From Candidatus Bathyarchaeota archaeon (lineage in GTDB: Archaea > Thermoproteota > Bathyarchaeia > Bathyarchaeales > Bathycorpusculaceae), in assembly GCA_963828195.1 (NCBI GenBank), contig CAWHDT010000005.1, forward strand, positions 32,001 to 96,000: 64,000 nucleotides of DNA, in the 5' to 3' direction. Numbering within the stretch: the stretch's first letter is position 1; each line of letters opens with the position of its first letter. The notes below the pieces were generated by a model. The model made no database searches, was not told the DNA's origin, and was given only the letters and a program-made list of their open reading frames with translations. Of this stretch, positions 52,546 through 62,483 are shown one piece after another. A program made the translations under genes and the position numbers.

Positions 52546-52915
52546 GATGCCGAACGACTAATATTGGGAGCTGAAAAATACATTTGGCTTATCGGACAAA
52601 GACCGTTAAGCAACCTGGACGCAAAAACACTCGATATGGTCCAAAAAGGTGTTACGGTTAGACTGTTATTTGATGAAAGCAACCGCAAATTCTACGAAAT
52701 ATTCCAGAGATAAAAGATCATTTTGAAAAGAGAGTAATTCAAGTTGTTCCAGCAATTGTTAATCAGTGAAAAAATTGCGGGTATTAACATGCTTTCATTC
52801 GACGGCAGAGCAGACAGCGCAGTATTTTATGGAAAAGACCCAAAGTTACTAAAGATGGGCAAACGATTTATTTCTCTATTATTGGGAACTGGGAAAGAGA
52901 TGCTATTCAACATAA
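52546..52915 (+). pseudogene. C-terminal remnant of a FilR1/DUF1724-like archaeal regulator (3 frameshifts)
   Basis: AEKYIW...KGVTVRLLF / ISEKIAG...DGRAD / GKDP / WANDLFLYYWE across shifting frames. Confidence 0.6.
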
Positions 52916-53026
52916 TGTAGTTCTCTATTGTTTGCGGATCGAGCCGGACTAATCCTCGCGGCACAACCGTAAACTTAAAAACAGGTCTTATGAGAGCCCT
53001 CAAAGAGACAGGTTTTGAACCCGTTC

Positions 53027-54667
53027 GAGAGTGTGTGAAAAGTCTCTTTTTTGCGTCTATTTACCGTTAACCTTAAATCTAGACTGGCTTTAGAGCAACA
53101 GAAAGAGCTGAAGAGCCATGAGCGAACACGTAACAGGCCATTACAGAAATCAATCAGTTCTCTTCCCAAACATACTCGACGATTACGTTGACAAAGAGAA
53201 CCCGGTTCGGTTCATTGACGCCTTTATCGATAGCCTCAACTTAGAGAAGCTCGGATTCAAGCACTCAGTACTGGCAGACACAGGAAGACCATCTTATGAT
53301 CCTTCAGACCTGCTAAAACTCTATCTTTATGGTTACCTCAACCAAGTGAGATCAAGCAGAAAACTCGAGAAAGAGTGCCACCGCAATGTCGAGGCCATGT
53401 GGCTCATGAAAAAGTTGGCTCCAGACTTCAAAACCATTGCTGACTTCCGAAAGAATAACGTAGAATGCATCAAGGGAGTGTTCAAGGAATTCGTTTATCT
53501 TTGCAAAAGCCTGGACCTTTACGGTGCTCAGTTAATAGCTATTGATGGAACCAAATTCAAAGCGGTAAACTCAAAAAGCAACAATCTCAACGAGAAAACA
53601 GTCGCTTTGAGGCTCAAACAAACAGAAGAAAAGATAGCAGAGTACCTCAAAGAAATGGACCATAACGACACGGCTGACTCAGATGAAGATGAAAGCATCA
53701 ATGTAGATGATCTCAAGGAAAAAATATGCAAGCTTGAAGAGGAAAAGCAGCGATATGAGCAGATTCAAGGCCAAATGAAGGCAACTGGCCAGAGGGAGGT
53801 TTCACTTGTTGATCCTGATAGCCGTTTGATGCGGGTAGACAGTCAAAGGCTTGAGGTCTGCTACAACATTCAGACGTCTGTGGATGCGAAGCAGCATTTA
53901 ATTGTGGATTATGATGTTATCAATAATTCGACTGATCACCATCAGCTAGCGACTGATGCTAAGGCTGCAAAACAGATGCTTGGTGTTGATCGGTTGGAAG
54001 TGTTGAGTGACAAAGGATTCTACGTTGCGAATGATCTCGTTAAATGTGAGGAAGCTGGGATAACGGTGTTCATGCCGATTCCAGCTTTCAATCCTACTAA
54101 GAGTGCGGGTGTACCGGAGCCTGAGTTTGGTTCTGAAAGGTTTATTTTCGATGGGGTCAAGGACGTTTATGTTTGTCCTGGTGGGAAGGAACTGGGGTTT
54201 TGGAAGGGAAGTTTCAAGGGTAAGCCTGAATGTGGTAGGCGTTATAGAACGGTTTCCTGTTCTCGTTGTGATTCTAGAAGCAGGTGTACTCGAAATAGGC
54301 GGGGCAGGATAATGGTGAGGTGGGAATATCAGGATGCGGTTGACAGGCTTAGAGCAAGGCTTGTGAGTTCTGAGGGAAAAGAGAAGTTGCGTTTGCGTCG
54401 GATGTTGGCGGAGCATCCGTTTGGAACAATGAAGCGGGCATTCAATCAGGGTTATTTGCTTTTGAAAGGTTTGCGGAAGGTCAAAGGAGAAGTAGGATTT
54501 ACTATGCTTGCGTACAACATAAGGCGGGTCTTCAACATTCTTGGAGTTAGAGCGCTAATGGGTTTGATGAAGACGTAAAAAAGAGAAAACAAGTGAATAA
54601 TGATCCATGACAATAGCTTGAGCGCCAGGTATTCTTAGACTTTAGCTCTGAGTTTTGACACAGTCTG
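53027..54667 (+). mobile_element. IS1182-family insertion sequence
   Basis: Imperfect 18 bp terminal inverted repeats (GAGAGTGTGTGAAAAGTC / rc CAGACTGTGTCAAAACTC, 14/18); 4 bp target duplication GTTC at 53023-53026 and 54668-54671. Confidence 0.88.
53118..54578 (+). CDS. IS1182-family transposase
   Basis: GRPSYDP, SSRKLE, PDFKTIADFR, IDGTK, DPDSR, SDKGF, EHPFG.MK. Confidence 0.93.
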   Translation: MSEHVTGHYRNQSVLFPNILDDYVDKENPVRFIDAFIDSLNLEKLGFKHSVLADTGRPSYDPSDLLKLYLYGYLNQVRSSRKLEKECHRNVEAMWLMKKLAPDFKTIADFRKNNVECIKGVFKEFVYLCKSLDLYGAQLIAIDGTKFKAVNSKSNNLNEKTVALRLKQTEEKIAEYLKEMDHNDTADSDEDESINVDDLKEKICKLEEEKQRYEQIQGQMKATGQREVSLVDPDSRLMRVDSQRLEVCYNIQTSVDAKQHLIVDYDVINNSTDHHQLATDAKAAKQMLGVDRLEVLSDKGFYVANDLVKCEEAGITVFMPIPAFNPTKSAGVPEPEFGSERFIFDGVKDVYVCPGGKELGFWKGSFKGKPECGRRYRTVSCSRCDSRSRCTRNRRGRIMVRWEYQDAVDRLRARLVSSEGKEKLRLRRMLAEHPFGTMKRAFNQGYLLLKGLRKVKGEVGFTMLAYNIRRVFNILGVRALMGLMKT

Positions 54668-54769
54668 GTTCGGGTATGGGGATGGGCAGCTTCAAACCAT
54701 GGTCAAAATTCGCAAAATATCCTTATTCAGTAAGTTTGAGATAGGGACTCATACCGTGTACGGGGTAAG

Positions 54770-54783
54770 TCCGGTACGGCCCA
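54770..54783 (+). repeat. attR-like copy of the tRNA-Val(CAC) 3' end
   Basis: TCCGGTACGGCCCA followed by CCA. Confidence 0.75.
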
Positions 54784-54873
54784 CCATAATCTCCAATGTT
54801 TGACTTGGTTTCCTCGTTTTTGGTAGCTTTGCTTGAATTAATGCTTATTAACTTGAAAAAGAATATTATTTAA

Positions 54874-55242
54874 TTGATTTTTATGCATCGAAAAGCCGTT
54901 TTTTCACTTGCAGCTGTTTTTCTGGTGGTTGCTTTAGTCGTGCCCCCAGCTATTGTTATACTTCAAACGAATAACACCATATACAAATACATCATTCCAG
55001 GCAACAGCCCTGTACAGGGAGCAACCAACATCACATTAACAATCACTCCAAAAGACCGTTCAAGCTACAATAACGCGATCCTCATAGCAGTCATAATTGA
55101 AATTGTCTTCATAATTCTCTTTGTCGTCATCATGTACACAGGCATAAACCACACCCATCCAGAACATCAACCATTATTCCGCAAACAAACTTCCCCAAAC
55201 AAAACATCGTTAACTTCCACTACCATCAGACGCCAATTATAA
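54874..55242 (+). CDS. Two-TM membrane protein
   Basis: Two hydrophobic helices. Confidence 0.55.
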   Translation: MIFMHRKAVFSLAAVFLVVALVVPPAIVILQTNNTIYKYIIPGNSPVQGATNITLTITPKDRSSYNNAILIAVIIEIVFIILFVVIMYTGINHTHPEHQPLFRKQTSPNKTSLTSTTIRRQL

Positions 55243-55407
55243 ATCGCTCTTCAGCGTTTTCTGAACCAAGGCTATAGTGGAGACCATGCACGGAAATAGT
55301 AAGCTTTAAAAATTTTTGTTGCTGTGGTCGCACAGTCACATATTTTTAAAAGCACTCAACTATCAATGACTTTAGCGTTATCACTCTCGTATTTAGGAGG
55401 TGCATTT

Positions 55408-55608
55408 ATGCCTGAAACATCTATTAATATAACTGAGAAGTTACAGAAAATCGGTCAAACTGCTCAAGAATACAAAGACGCAATTGTAAGCCAATTCAAG
55501 GACATGGAAGTAGAAGTTAAAGATTGGAACTTTGCTGTTGGAAAATCTGACAAAGAATACACCATTGAAGTTAATCTCAAGCTTGGAGTACGCTCAAAAA
55601 AAGCCTAA
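55408..55608 (+). CDS. Small hypothetical protein
   Basis: GGAGGTG SD before ATG 55408. Confidence 0.6.
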   Translation: MPETSINITEKLQKIGQTAQEYKDAIVSQFKDMEVEVKDWNFAVGKSDKEYTIEVNLKLGVRSKKA

Positions 55609-55804
55609 GCAACAAAGCATCTGTTCAGCAGTAGAAACCGGAACCCCTTTTCTTTAAAATTAAATGTTAATCTTTTAAATGCTGTATTTGGCTCTCTTAA
55701 GTTAAGTGTTATTTTTTCGACTTGTGATGGTTAAAATTGTTTTTCACCAAAACAGATAAAAACTCGACTTACATCCATGAAAGCACCAAATAGAGTGAAA
55801 AAAT

Positions 55805-56005
55805 ATGCCAACTGAAATAACGGATGTTGATAAGTTCGTAGCCATGAGCGCCAAAGCAAAGCATTGCTCAGTACAAAGACTCAAAGACACTGTAAAACTT
55901 AAACTGAGAACCCCCAGTCAACTTTACACCTTAAAAATTGAGCCCCTGCGAGCTGATGAAATCATAAAAAGGCTTCAATGCGAAATTCAAGAGAAAGAGA
56001 AATAA
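55805..56005 (+). CDS. rpl38e: Ribosomal protein eL38 (L38e)
   Basis: MP.EI.D...F ... VKLKLRT...LYTL.I pattern of the L38e family. Confidence 0.78.
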   Translation: MPTEITDVDKFVAMSAKAKHCSVQRLKDTVKLKLRTPSQLYTLKIEPLRADEIIKRLQCEIQEKEK

Positions 56006-56279
56006 AAAATTTTTAATTTTACCAACTTATTCTTTTAATTTAAACTGTTAGCATTACGTGTAAGCCGTATACATTAGCATCAACAAAACATATTTTGAAG
56101 AGCCCTATTGCCTCAAGTCTAACTTTTTACTTTCTTAAAACGTCTCGAAAAGCAACGAACCTTAAATATACATGAAAAGATAGACGAGCTTAGTTTAAAA
56201 AAACGGCAAATCAGAAACTAAAATTGACTTCGACCAACGTCTTTTCTTCAAAAAGAACAAGACAATCCTGATTTTCTTT

Positions 56280-56325
56280 TTCAAAAGAAGAAGAAGACTA
56301 GAAAAACTGTTTTTCTTCTTCTTCC
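56280..56325. repeat. (GAA)n/(TTC)n inverted-repeat element, second copy
   Basis: 11 bp inverted repeat at 56287-56297 and 56314-56324; TTCAAAAGAAG and TTCTTCC ends shared with the 18.9 kb copy. Confidence 0.65.
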
Positions 56326-56886
56326 AAAGCTTGCAATTATGACATAGTGACACAAAAACGCCAATAAACAGGGAAGATAGCTATTGGCAGATATTAAAAT
56401 TGGCCTCATGTGAGGGTTAATAAAATGTTTTTTGACAGCCGGTAGCCTCTCACGCCAGCCTTTTTAAAAGTGTTGAGGTGCAATGCATTTGCTTTCGTGT
56501 TTCCTTGCCTACGAAATTCAATCGAATGTAAATTTTTCATATGTAAAAGTTAAAAAAAATAATAAGATTAAGTTAAAAATTAACTAATCCTGTTAAATCA
56601 TCCATGCACGTTGTGTTCTTAAACAGCTTCGGATAACGAAATTCAAGCTATTTTTTAGTTTGGGAAAAGAAGATATTTCTGCAGGGATGAATAGCATTAG
56701 TTTGACGATAGTAACTTTGATTTGCTGCAAATGAGGACTTCACTTGGGAAGGAGATGGAGAGTTAAAAATGTGTTTGGTTGATGCTTTTGTATACCGTTG
56801 GGGCTTTCCTACACCGATTTTCTTTTCAGTTTTGTCGAAAACTCAATTTTTTGCTAGTAATACTTCAAAACTTTATGGTGTAATCT

Positions 56887-57594
56887 GTGAATATTGAATG
56901 CAACTTGTTAACTTCTATTCTTAAAATGACGAAAAAAGGGCCAGTTTTAATTGAAAATGTCAACAATGATGCCCGCATCCCATCCTCAACTGCCCAAAAA
57001 TTGCTTGGGAAACTGCAAAATGAAGGTCTCATTTATTTAAGAGAGGGCAGCATCGAAGTGGAAAAAAACAGTAGGCTCAAATTGGCGGTAAAAGCGGTGT
57101 CCGAAGGGGGAGACTTGGAGCACATCAGCAACTTGCTCCGTTGGCAGGAGTTTGAAGAAATAACAGCTTTTTCCCTGAAAAATTATGGTTATACTGTGTC
57201 AAATAATGTTCGATTTAAAGGTGCAGCGCGCAGATGGGAAATAGATGTAGTCGGTTGCAAGAAGCCCTTAGTCATCTGTATAGACTGCAAACATTGGCAA
57301 CATGCAATTACGCCTTCAGCTTTAAAAAGAATTGTAGAATCACAATTGGACCGCACAAAAGCATTTGCGGATTCGCTGCCAAAAATCAAACTAAACTTTG
57401 AATGCACACAATGGAATAAGGCAAAGTTTATTCCATGCATATTGTCGCTGATGCCTAGCTCTTTCAAGTTCTATTATGACGTGCCTATTGTGCCTGTGCT
57501 TCAGCTGCAGGATTTCTTGAACCAGTTGCCAGTTTATACCGAATCGATTAAGTATTTTCCGAAAACCTTCAATTCTTTAAGTCATAATTTTTAA
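56887..57594 (+). CDS. wHTH + PD-(D/E)xK restriction-endonuclease-like (Mrr/NERD-like) protein
   Basis: WQEFEE, EIDVV, IDCKHW. Confidence 0.8.
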   Translation: MNIECNLLTSILKMTKKGPVLIENVNNDARIPSSTAQKLLGKLQNEGLIYLREGSIEVEKNSRLKLAVKAVSEGGDLEHISNLLRWQEFEEITAFSLKNYGYTVSNNVRFKGAARRWEIDVVGCKKPLVICIDCKHWQHAITPSALKRIVESQLDRTKAFADSLPKIKLNFECTQWNKAKFIPCILSLMPSSFKFYYDVPIVPVLQLQDFLNQLPVYTESIKYFPKTFNSLSHNF

Positions 57595-59451
57595 AATCGA
57601 ACTTTTAGCTACCCTAAAAGCTGGGTAGAGACTAAAAAGCAAGATTCCAGCCAAAGCTGCAAACAACAAACCAGTTATCTCCAAGATTGTAAAGCCCGTA
57701 ACTATGGGTTGAGGCAGCAAAATAAGTAACGTAATAATGGTGCCGAGTGATATTCCAACGCCAAAGCTTGAAAGCAGGATAATTATGCTTTGTATCGCCA
57801 AAACAACGACGACAAATTTAGGTTTAGCACCAATAGCCCGTAAAACGGCGAATTCTTGATGCTGCTCATCCACGGCAAGCATCATGTAACTAAACATGCA
57901 AAGAGCAGCAGACACCAAAGTAAATAGAGGAATAATCATTACGGTCTGCCAGGCTGAGGCTAAAAAACTCGTGTTTTTGTCAACAGTGCGATCTAACTGG
58001 AAAACATTCAAGCTTGGATCCGTCGATTGAACCAAAGTTTTAATTTGCGCAATAGCCGCAGATTGGTCAGCCGAGTTTTTCAGCGTTAACAGTAGCAGGT
58101 TGGGGTTGAATTCGCCTGAGATGCTTTCTAACGTTTGAATGGGCAGGTAGGTGACATAGCCATTGTTTGTGGGGTCCACGCAGGTCCCAACGATGTTAAA
58201 GGTCACGTTCTCAAAAGATATTCCTTCCACAAGAGGATTGGCTTGACTTATGCCCTTGCTGGGATCAGCAGTGTACATGGTAACAGCTATTGAGTCGCCT
58301 ACAACTGCGTCATAATTGTCGGGTGAACTTAAAAATTGGCCTTCAACGTGCCAGGTTCCAGCAAGAGTAGCGGGGTCAACCCCCATAATTATTGAATTTC
58401 CCTGTCGATCGCCGCCAACTATAACGGTATCAGCCGATGTAGTTCCAAAGCTGTAGTTAGAGACCTCTTGCACGGTTCCCTGTAAAACAAGACGTGAATC
58501 AACTGAACCTACAGTGGACAAGGAGTTTAATTGATTGATGATTGTTTGGGGAATCATCAAGTTTGGATCTGAATAATTAAAGTTGGCTGCTGCTTTGGCG
58601 CCCGAAAATGTTGAAAGCAACTGTTCATATTGGTTGCCCATACTGTTTGTAGCTATGGCAATCGTGTTTTTGCCAACGGTGTTTTGAACCCATGTGGTTG
58701 TTGTGCCTTCAGCAATGATGCCTCCTGCAATCGAAATTGTAAGCAAAATAAACACTATCGCAAGTAAAGCAAATATTCGTAAGGTCCCTGATTGTCGGCG
58801 GAGCATGCTTCGAGCAGCGATAGCCCATGTTAAACGGGACTTTGACAACGATTTATGCTTGCTGGCTGTGATTAAACCATAAAAGTTTACTAGTGACAAC
58901 GCCTTTGTCGGCGACATTCTAGAAGCTTTCAGGATAGGCCAGAGACCAAAAAACAGCGACAAAACAAAAAACACGACGAAAACTGCAGGAATATACAATA
59001 AATTGGGCAATCGGTAGCTTGAAAAAACGTAGCTAGCTACGCCAAAATCCATTAAAAAACCCAGCAGTATACCTAAAACACATCCAGCGAGAGTCGTTGT
59101 AAAGAGTTCCGTCATAAAGTAACCTGCAACGAGGCTGTTTGGGCATCCAGCCGCCTTTATTAAGCCGAAATCTCGGGTTCGCTGTGCCATCATAAAGAAA
59201 GCAATGAACGAAGTTAGCGCTGCACCCACTGCAAAGATTAAAATGCCGATAAAAAACATGAACTGTGAAAAAATTGATGTCAAACCCTGTGTCAAGACGC
59301 CCGTAGAGGCGGTAAAACCAACGCCTAAACGTCCGCTGAAAAGCAGCAGAAACAGGGTGGATGCGACGCTTAACGCCAAGGTGACAATAGTTAAGGTTGT
59401 TTGGAGGCGCCTGCGAAGCAAATCATTGATGGGGAAAGCAACGTTACTCAT
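57577..59451 (-). CDS. FtsX/MacB-like ABC permease (two FtsX domains)
   Basis: QRTRDFGLIKAAG and EFAVLRAIGA; large extracellular loop. Confidence 0.88.
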   Translation of the reverse strand: MSNVAFPINDLLRRRLQTTLTIVTLALSVASTLFLLLFSGRLGVGFTASTGVLTQGLTSIFSQFMFFIGILIFAVGAALTSFIAFFMMAQRTRDFGLIKAAGCPNSLVAGYFMTELFTTTLAGCVLGILLGFLMDFGVASYVFSSYRLPNLLYIPAVFVVFFVLSLFFGLWPILKASRMSPTKALSLVNFYGLITASKHKSLSKSRLTWAIAARSMLRRQSGTLRIFALLAIVFILLTISIAGGIIAEGTTTTWVQNTVGKNTIAIATNSMGNQYEQLLSTFSGAKAAANFNYSDPNLMIPQTIINQLNSLSTVGSVDSRLVLQGTVQEVSNYSFGTTSADTVIVGGDRQGNSIIMGVDPATLAGTWHVEGQFLSSPDNYDAVVGDSIAVTMYTADPSKGISQANPLVEGISFENVTFNIVGTCVDPTNNGYVTYLPIQTLESISGEFNPNLLLLTLKNSADQSAAIAQIKTLVQSTDPSLNVFQLDRTVDKNTSFLASAWQTVMIIPLFTLVSAALCMFSYMMLAVDEQHQEFAVLRAIGAKPKFVVVVLAIQSIIILLSSFGVGISLGTIITLLILLPQPIVTGFTILEITGLLFAALAGILLFSLYPAFRVAKSSILKIMT

Positions 59452-60172
59452 TGCTACCCGCCAATTTGCCGTCTTCAAGACATAAAACTATGTCGGCCAA
59501 CTCTTTTATTTCACTGTCATGAGTTGCAACAATAACAGTTTTGCCCCTACTTTTAAGCAGCTGGAGCACTTGAACGATTTTCAAACTGTTTTTAGAATCC
59601 AAGTTTCCGGTGGGTTCATCCGCCAAAATAAGCTGTGGATCATTAGCCAATGCCCGTGCAAAAGCTACCCGTTGCTGCTCACCGCCGCTAAGTTGGGCTG
59701 GAAAATGGTTCGCCCTATTCTGCAAACCTACAGTTTCAAGAAGTTCGGTTATCCGCGTCTCCGCTTTTTCCTCAGACGTCCCAATCCACTCCATCGGGAA
59801 CGCAATGTTCTCAGCAACTGTTAATGTTGAAACAAGATTGTACGCTTGAAAAACAAAGCCCACATTGTTGCATCGATAATCTGACAGAGCATCTTCGTTT
59901 TGAACAGTTAAATCTTGGTCGTTGACGAGAATTTTGCCGCTTGTCGGCTTGTCAATTCCGCCGATAATGTTAAGCAATGTTGTTTTTCCCGAACCCGAAG
60001 CCCCGCTTAGCACGACGAATTTGGCTTTGGGAATTGAGAAAGTTACGTCTTTTAGGACTTCAAGTGTTTCGTTACCGATCGGGTATTTTTTTCCCAGATC
60101 CTGGGCATTTACTGTGACGCCTTTTTGCTTTTCCAGTTTAGATCTTTTCTCCGGTATAGAGAGAGGTTTCAG
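59444..60172 (-). CDS. LolD/MacB-like ABC ATP-binding protein, probably CTG-initiated
   Basis: [27 protein letters not shown]; conserved N-terminal KKY...VLKDVTF lies upstream of the first GTG. Confidence 0.88.
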   Translation of the reverse strand: MKPLSIPEKRSKLEKQKGVTVNAQDLGKKYPIGNETLEVLKDVTFSIPKAKFVVLSGASGSGKTTLLNIIGGIDKPTSGKILVNDQDLTVQNEDALSDYRCNNVGFVFQAYNLVSTLTVAENIAFPMEWIGTSEEKAETRITELLETVGLQNRANHFPAQLSGGEQQRVAFARALANDPQLILADEPTGNLDSKNSLKIVQVLQLLKSRGKTVIVATHDSEIKELADIVLCLEDGKLAGSNE

Positions 60173-60212
60173 CCTCTAATAATATACTTTGAGGTTCATT
60201 TGCGTACATTGC

Positions 60213-60647
60213 CTAATTGTAAGTTGTGTCCAAGTTTAGATTTCCTCTATCCCGCTTAAGAATTCTGACTTTTTCAGGAAGCTTATTTTTCTCCCAATCT
60301 ACCCAGCTGATTTCCTTGAAAAGCCAACGTTTACCCAGATGCGCTGCAACGACGGCGTGCTTATGCCCGTTGTCGGCAGGGATGAAGAAGTCGAGAAACC
60401 TGAAGAGTTTATCGATCTGTTGTTTGGGAAAGTAGGCGTAGTAGGTGGCGTTTTTTACTTCAAAGGCGTAGCTGTGTGCGCCTTTTCTCGCCATGATGTC
60501 TGGCAGCGGATTGAGGCTGGGATTACTTACTGGCACCCGGACGGCATTGTAGCCTTTTTTTTGCAGAAGCTTAACCAACACCGTTTCGCTGTAGAAGCCT
60601 CTTTTGCGCCAGCGCCGAAGCCTCACTCTGTCTAGTTCAGTGCTCAA
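60213..60647 (-). CDS. Holliday junction resolvase Hjc-like nuclease
   Basis: G..SE..LV..L.KKGY.AVR, PDIMA, FEVK. Confidence 0.8.
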   Translation of the reverse strand: MSTELDRVRLRRWRKRGFYSETVLVKLLQKKGYNAVRVPVSNPSLNPLPDIMARKGAHSYAFEVKNATYYAYFPKQQIDKLFRFLDFFIPADNGHKHAVVAAHLGKRWLFKEISWVDWEKNKLPEKVRILKRDRGNLNLDTTYN

Positions 60648-61637
60648 ACTGTTTTCCCCTTTTATGTCGCTACTTTATAGGCTTTGGAGATACAAATTGT
60701 TGCATAGAAGTGCCTGAAAAAGTTTGTTGTGTGGATGCTTTTGTATACGACTCAAAAGGTGGTGTGCTCTGGAGAACGCTGGTTACGGTAGAAATTCTGT
60801 GTAATACCGACGTCACCAATGTTACCGTACACGTAAATTTCTTCATTCACACAACCAAAATATTGCCTGATTAGGCTACAGTAACCAATGCAAAAGCAAG
60901 CGCTGAACCCGAAAGAACCCCAAACAAAGACACCTCAGAGACAAAAAAAATCGCCCCCACCAAAACTTAGTGAAGCCCAAAAAACGCGGACAGTCAGGCT
61001 GTATACAAAAACATAAACCAAACACACCCCGCTGAGGTCAAAGGCAAAACTGTCTCAACCCACTGGGCAATATAGAGCTCTAAAAAACTGTTGACAAAGT
61101 ACAGACTATTTTCCACCAAGAAACAATCAAACAAAAGTTTCCTGCCTAAATGTTAAGACTTCGGCGTGACTGCGTAAATTTTTTGTAGCTGATAATTTGT
61201 GTCTAAAATCAGCTAAGTTTTCAAAGGCTTTGAGAAAAACTGTAAAATGCTCGAAGTTGAACCGAAAAGTGAGCCGTTTGTTTCGTATGGAGATTTTCGA
61301 GGGTACTTATATGAGGCCCCGATATTCTCCATGCCAGTGCTCTATAGGGTGGATAGAAAAGGCTAAAATAAGGTCTTTTTGACAGTTTAGACATGAATCA
61401 GGCTTTTTAATTTTCGTTTCCATAGGAAAAAACTGGCTGAATTTTCGGCTTCATAGTTTCGCATAAAAACACCAATGTTTTACCAATTTTATGGCAAAAT
61501 AACCTTTAAAATCAATTATTTTATTAAAATATGGCAAACGGTAAACCGTTTTTTAAGGCTCACGTGGGGAGCAAAAAATTTTTACAGATTTAATAATTTT
61601 TTCTGAAAAAGCAACAGCTCACTCAGATGTGGGTTGG

Positions 61638-62161
61638 TTAAGGCGGCAAGCCTTTAGCTGCATTATCTCTTAATGTTTCCAACCAAACTTGGTGCTGCTT
61701 CACCATTCGTTTTCCAGCCAACACATTTACCAATCGTGTGAGAAAGCCACGCTGCCGCTCCTCAGTAACAACACGGCAACCTGATTCAGTTTTTTCAATT
61801 AGCCACGCTTGATAGCCAGAATCCCCAGTGCCGCGAAACTCAAAGGCAAGACGCTGAGGAGGCAGAAATTCCTGCACTTTGCAGTTCACGGTTACACTGA
61901 AGGCAGTGGCCTTTCCTTATCAGGATTATAGAATCCGATTTTCCACTTAAATCGCGTACCCAAAGCAAGGTCAGGAGGCTGCCCCTCAATGAAGCGCATG
62001 TTGGCTGAGTTCGGATACCACGTAGGCCAAAGTTGCGCGCGTATAAGCCAAGCCCAAACGACCTCTGGATCCGAAGGCATTTCAAGTTCATTTCGGACGT
62101 CAACACGGCAATTTACAACGGCATAGTGCGTTGGCCATAAAATCTGATTTGACTCGGCCAT
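61638..62161 (-). pseudogene. SRPBCC/START-like protein split by an insertion of about 35 bp
   Basis: EVVWAWL...WPTWY...GTRFKWK, then VNCKVQEF.P..RLA...AWLIE in another frame. Confidence 0.7.
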
Positions 62162-62306
62162 AGATTGAACCCTAACAAGCCATTATGTCACCTTTAGGTA
62201 TAAAAAATTTTTTGCCTCTAAGACCCCAGCGTAAGCTATAACTAACGAATAGAAGTCTCAAAAGTTCAATAGCTTAGCCGCAAAGAAGCTAAAATACTAG
62301 AGCGAG

Positions 62307-62483
62307 GTGATTGAAACGAAACTTAAAACCTCACGGATACTTTCTATTCTGACATTAGTTTTAGGGTTGATTACTGCAGGGGTTAGCGGAACCACAGATC
62401 ATACTGTTCACGCAGCGTTCGGTGGACTAACAGTGTTATTTGCATTAGTAACAGCGATAAGCCTTTTTCTTTTAAAGCAATAA
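62307..62483 (+). CDS. 58 aa two-TM protein (not in the ORF track)
   Basis: MIETKLKTSRILSILTLVLGLITAG...HAAFGGLTVLFALV; GAGGTGA overlaps the start. Confidence 0.5.
   Translation: MIETKLKTSRILSILTLVLGLITAGVSGTTDHTVHAAFGGLTVLFALVTAISLFLLKQ

Larger units (their letters stand above)
35504..54783. mobile_element. Putative integrated element / genomic island in tRNA-Val(CAC), about 19.3 kb, no integrase seen
   Basis: TCCGGTACGGCCCA at 35504-35517 (tRNA 3' end) and again at 54770-54783 (16/17 when extended); interior has low coding density, micro-ORFs, pseudogenes and an IS. Confidence 0.7.
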
